A stretch of 64,000 nt of DNA from Vulcanimicrobiota bacterium (lineage in GTDB: Bacteria; Vulcanimicrobiota; Vulcanimicrobiia; Vulcanimicrobiales; Vulcanimicrobiaceae), in the NCBI GenBank assembly GCA_963714015.1, contig OY970223.1, positions 288,001 to 352,000 of the forward strand, given 5' to 3'. Shown piece by piece: positions 60,492 through 64,000 of this stretch. Position 1 is the first letter of the stretch; every line of letters starts with the position of its first letter. The position numbers and the translations under genes are program-made. A model generated the notes under the pieces. It worked only from the letters and a program-made list of their open reading frames with translations, did not search any database and had not been told where the DNA came from.

Positions 60492-62015
60492 ATGATCGGA
60501 TTCCCTCGTCCAGCCGCGGCGGCGAGCCTTGTTTGTGCTGCTTTCATATGGTGCCTCGGCTTAACCTTACCGTCTGCGCAGAGCCTTTCCGCCACGCAGT
60601 TGGGCTTGCATCTGGCACCGTGCGTGCAAGGCCGCGGGAAAGTACCCGCACTTTGCGGTACGTTCGGTGTTTACGAAAACCGCGCCGCTCACAGCGGACG
60701 CATCATACCGCTCAACCTCGTGCTCGTGAAAGCGAAACATCATGCGCGAGGCGTCATCGCCGAGATTGGCGGCGGCCCCGGCGAAGGCGCGGCTTCGTTT
60801 GCGCCCTGGGTATTGGACGGTGACTTCGGAAAAGCACGACAATCATCGCACGACGATTACGACTATTTGTTCGTGGACAACCGCGGGATGGGCGACTCGA
60901 GTCCGCTCACGTGCGATTTGGCGCCCGCAGATCGCCCGCAAAGCTACTTCCGCTATCTATTCCCGCCGGACCTTGTGCGGCAATGCCGTACACGTAATGC
61001 GAAGACGCACAATCTTCCGCTCTACAACACGAATATTGCGGTAGACGACCTCGACGACGTGCGGGCCGCACTCGGATATGGCAAGATTATTCTGGACGGC
61101 GGTTCGTACGGGACGTTTTTCTCGCTCGTGTACATGCGGCGCCATCCTCAGCACGTGCAAGCCGCTATCCTCGACGGCGTCACCGCACCACACTTCCAAA
61201 CGGATCTAGGCTCGCCCGAAGGCGCGCAGACAGCGCTGGATGATCTCTTCGTCAAGTGCCGGCGTGACAACGTTTGCAACTCGCACTTTCCGCGCTTCGC
61301 GCAACATTTCACAGCGCTCGTAAGCCGGTTCGACGCCGGACCGATCGCGGTACCCCTCTTCCAGTCCAAGGCTCACGATGCGCTTTCGTTGGAGCTTTCG
61401 AAAGGCGTTCTCGTCGATCAACTCCGGCATATGCTCTACGATCCGATAGCAGAGGCGTACCTGCCGTACATCGTCGAACGCGCTTACAATCGCGACTATG
61501 CGCCCCTCGCTCAAATGATCCAGACGGTCGTGCAAGGTATTGAAGGCATGCCGATGGGGGCGTTTCTCTCGTACAGCTGCGCGGACTTGATGCCGTTTAT
61601 CACACCGCAGCAGATCGCGTTTTCGCGCGAACACACATTCGCGGGCGATTTGCGTATTCGCGCCCAGCAGCAAGCATGCGTGTCATGGAACGTGCCGGCG
61701 ATGCCCGCAAGCTTCAACGATCCGGTGCGCAGCAACGCGCCCGTGCTCATGATTCTGGGCTCGGACGACCCGGCCACGCCGCCGCAGTACGGCGAAGAAG
61801 CGCTGCGGTACCTGCCGAACGGTCGCGCCATCGTCGTTGAAGGCGCAGGGCACGGTGCGGACAATGCGTGCACGGACGAGTTACGTCTCCAATTTCTGCG
61901 AACCGGTTCCGCAAAGGGATTGGACGTTTCGAAATGCACGGCGACGTTCGAGCAGCCGCAGTTTGCGCTCTCAATGAAGGACTGGCCGTCAGCTACCTGC
62001 GCAGTCGTTCTTTAA
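60492..62015 (+). CDS. Secreted alpha/beta hydrolase, tripeptidyl-aminopeptidase (TAP/S33)-like
   Basis: Signal peptide, GGPG, DNRGMG, GGSYG, DPATP, GAGHG. Confidence 0.88.
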   Translation: MIGFPRPAAAASLVCAAFIWCLGLTLPSAQSLSATQLGLHLAPCVQGRGKVPALCGTFGVYENRAAHSGRIIPLNLVLVKAKHHARGVIAEIGGGPGEGAASFAPWVLDGDFGKARQSSHDDYDYLFVDNRGMGDSSPLTCDLAPADRPQSYFRYLFPPDLVRQCRTRNAKTHNLPLYNTNIAVDDLDDVRAALGYGKIILDGGSYGTFFSLVYMRRHPQHVQAAILDGVTAPHFQTDLGSPEGAQTALDDLFVKCRRDNVCNSHFPRFAQHFTALVSRFDAGPIAVPLFQSKAHDALSLELSKGVLVDQLRHMLYDPIAEAYLPYIVERAYNRDYAPLAQMIQTVVQGIEGMPMGAFLSYSCADLMPFITPQQIAFSREHTFAGDLRIRAQQQACVSWNVPAMPASFNDPVRSNAPVLMILGSDDPATPPQYGEEALRYLPNGRAIVVEGAGHGADNACTDELRLQFLRTGSAKGLDVSKCTATFEQPQFALSMKDWPSATCAVVL

Positions 62016-62081
62016 CCCGCTTCAGACCGGACAACGCAGCCCGTAACAGCTAGCGCGTCAAATCCGAATGCCGATCTCGAC

Positions 62082-62627
62082 TTAGCGGCGCTTTTTCTTA
62101 GCCGTAGTACGCGACGATCCCGAGGTTTTGCGAGTCGTTTTGCGCGCCGGCGACTTGCGAGGGCCACCCCTCTTGCCGGCGCTTTGCATCAGACGCTGCT
62201 TCGCCTCTGCCATTTCCTCCCCCAACTCGTCCAATTCTTCTTGTTCGAGCACTTCCCGGGCTAGAGAAAAAATGGTCGACTCTTCCTCCTTCACGTGATG
62301 TTTCACGTTTTCGCCCAACACTTGGAGTTCGGCTTTGAAGCGCTCGTCGTTTCGCCGAGTGGATTTCAACAGCGTAATCAAATGCTTGACGACGTCGTGC
62401 TCCGTAAATGCCTCGAAGACGTCCACGCGTTCTTCGTCTTGCTCGGCGCGATCGCGAAGTTGAGGATAGAACAGCCGCTCCTCGATCTCGGCGTGCACGG
62501 TCAACGCTTGCGCGATTTGCTGGCCGAGCTCTTTGAGCCGCTCGTCACCAGGCTCGCACCCCTGTACTTCGTCGATGAGGCCGCTCACGGTTTTGTGGTC
62601 GGCCTTCAAAAGAGCCAGTGCGTCCAA
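62082..62627 (-). CDS. Hemerythrin-domain protein with basic tail
   Basis: DALALLKADH, HAEIEERLFYP, EH, HHVKEEE; TTG start after GAAAGG. Confidence 0.88.
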   Translation of the reverse strand: MDALALLKADHKTVSGLIDEVQGCEPGDERLKELGQQIAQALTVHAEIEERLFYPQLRDRAEQDEERVDVFEAFTEHDVVKHLITLLKSTRRNDERFKAELQVLGENVKHHVKEEESTIFSLAREVLEQEELDELGEEMAEAKQRLMQSAGKRGGPRKSPARKTTRKTSGSSRTTAKKKRR

Positions 62628-62800
62628 AGCAGTCCTGCCTTTCGTAATTATGACTATTGACTTGGTAATGCCCGACATAAACCAGACCGAAACCGGCGCA
62701 CACCATGCTGCCGTCAAGATACTGAGCGGGCGTTTGGCCCGTCGGCTTCCGAGGCATCACATTTGCACGGTCCGACTATCCGACGCGTTTCGCCAAACCG

Positions 62801-62908
62801 CTATCCGGCGATCATTGCGAACGCCAAGACCAAAGCCAGGCGGATGCGTTTTGACTTGGGGTCGCCGGTCGTCACTCGCTGCAGCAGCCCTTCGACTTCG
62901 TTAAACAT
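62801..62908 (-). CDS. Possible 35-aa small membrane peptide
   Basis: MFNEVEGLLQRVTTGDPKSKRIRLALVLAFAMIAG with GAGGGG RBS; start overlaps the yihY stop. Confidence 0.3.
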   Translation of the reverse strand: MFNEVEGLLQRVTTGDPKSKRIRLALVLAFAMIAG

Positions 62909-63833
62909 GTGCTTCCCCTCTAACTATGGAACTCCGGCGAGTAGGAACCTCATCGCGCGTCGACGTCGCCTCGGATTGCGAGCCGTACCGTTTCGCGTAG
63001 ACCTGAGTCACTTCTGCACCGAACAGGACGATTTGCGCGGAGTAGTTTACCCAAATGAGAAAAACGACGAGCGAACCGAACGCTCCGTATCCGGAACTGA
63101 TTCCGGCGCGCCCGAGATACCACCCGAGCAAGAATTGACCGATGACGAACAGGAAAGACGTCACGCCGCCGCCGACCCAGACGTCACGCCACTCGACGCG
63201 GCATTCAGGCAGATACTCGTAAAGTAGTGCGAACGCGGCCCACAGGACGCCGAACGACACGACGAAGTCGGCGATTTTCACGAGCGTAGCGAAGCCCGGG
63301 AAAACGTGCGTGAAGTATGTCGCCATGATCGTCAAGAGTGCATTGACGCCGATTGACACGAGTAGCAGCAGCGCAATGCCGATCATCACGCCGAAGCTCG
63401 AGAGGCGCTGCCGGATCGTGTCTTTGAGGGTCATTTTTTTCGGGGTCACGTCCCATACCGCGTTCAGCGCGAACTGGACGGCGCCGAACAACCCTATCGC
63501 GGCCACGATAAAGACAATCCATCCGATGATTTGCGCCACTATGCCCTTACGCGGCTGATTGAACGTCGTAGCGACGATTTGCTTGACCGCGCCTGCGCCG
63601 GCGCCTGCGTCACGCTGCAGATAACCGAATATCAAGTTCAGCACGCGCTGGTGATCCTTGATGACCAGGCCCGCGATCTCGACGAGGACGATGATCAACG
63701 GGGCAACGGCGAACGCGGCGAAATACGCGAGCGCGGCGGCAAGCCATTGTCCGTTATGTCTTTGAAAATCAGCCCAAGACTCTTTTGCGACCGGAACTAT
63801 TTCTTTCCGGACTGTATCCCACTTTGCGCCCAT
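62901..63833 (-). CDS. YihY/virulence factor BrkB family membrane protein
   Basis: AAALAYFAAFAVAPL, ALNAVW, YGAFGSLVVFLIWVNYSAQIVLFGAE. Confidence 0.92.
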   Translation of the reverse strand: MGAKWDTVRKEIVPVAKESWADFQRHNGQWLAAALAYFAAFAVAPLIIVLVEIAGLVIKDHQRVLNLIFGYLQRDAGAGAGAVKQIVATTFNQPRKGIVAQIIGWIVFIVAAIGLFGAVQFALNAVWDVTPKKMTLKDTIRQRLSSFGVMIGIALLLLVSIGVNALLTIMATYFTHVFPGFATLVKIADFVVSFGVLWAAFALLYEYLPECRVEWRDVWVGGGVTSFLFVIGQFLLGWYLGRAGISSGYGAFGSLVVFLIWVNYSAQIVLFGAEVTQVYAKRYGSQSEATSTRDEVPTRRSSIVRGEAHV

Positions 63834-64000
63834 TGCACGTCCTCTTTCACGTTTTGAATGGTTTGTTCGGGGACGAGGGGCCCTGCATCTTGGATTTTCT
63901 TTTTGCCGGCGAGAGCCAGAATCGCGGTGACGGCTCCCCACATCAGCGTGACGATCAGCGCGGAAAGCCACAACGGCAGTGCGAGCGCAATTGCGATGAT
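63797..64000 (-). CDS. Holin-X/YqjE-like membrane protein, C-terminal part (runs off window edge)
   Basis: Manual translation: LPLWLSALIV...GKKKIQDAGPLVPEQTIQNVKEDVQW. Confidence 0.7.
   Translation of the reverse strand: MIAIALALPLWLSALIVTLMWGAVTAILALAGKKKIQDAGPLVPEQTIQNVKEDVQWAQSGIQSGKK

Noticed and set aside
1..64000. CRISPR array, rRNA, IS transposase, prophage structural genes
   Set aside because: No regularly spaced repeats or corresponding motifs seen; the holin-X-like gene sits in a yihY/hemerythrin stress context rather than a phage context

Overview
GC-rich bacterial chromosome segment. Gene content and style (whiA-gap-pgk-tpiA-gpmI, yggS-sepF-divIVA, DUF5693-csaB, many beta-propeller lipoproteins, PDZ/GAF membrane proteins, NB-ARC/TPR proteins) suggest a diderm Terrabacteria lineage such as Ca. 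Eremiobacterota/Vulcanimicrobiota; this is inference, not a database result. Housekeeping blocks (1-7.3 kb, 22-38 kb) alternate with accessory blocks. These are: a c-di-GMP/MalT-like/LuxR cluster with a small secreted repeat-peptide gene (11-17 kb); small cassettes between fliA and flgG, one bounded by a perfect 56-bp duplication of the flgG 3' end (18.4-20.7 kb); a ~12.5-kb island between an intact tRNA-Val(TAC) and a duplicated 5' half of that tRNA, carrying two STAND-TPR proteins, a PDZ-membrane-GAF receptor, an S53 protease and a GNAT toxin-antitoxin pair (39.7-52.2 kb); and a stress/regulatory region (52-64 kb). Other notable signals are an in-frame palindromic insertion in gpmI and a structured leader with terminator upstream of DUF5693-csaB-ileS. 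More than a dozen single-base frameshifts, including one in leuB, suggest unpolished long-read errors rather than true pseudogenes. All product calls come from motif recognition by eye.
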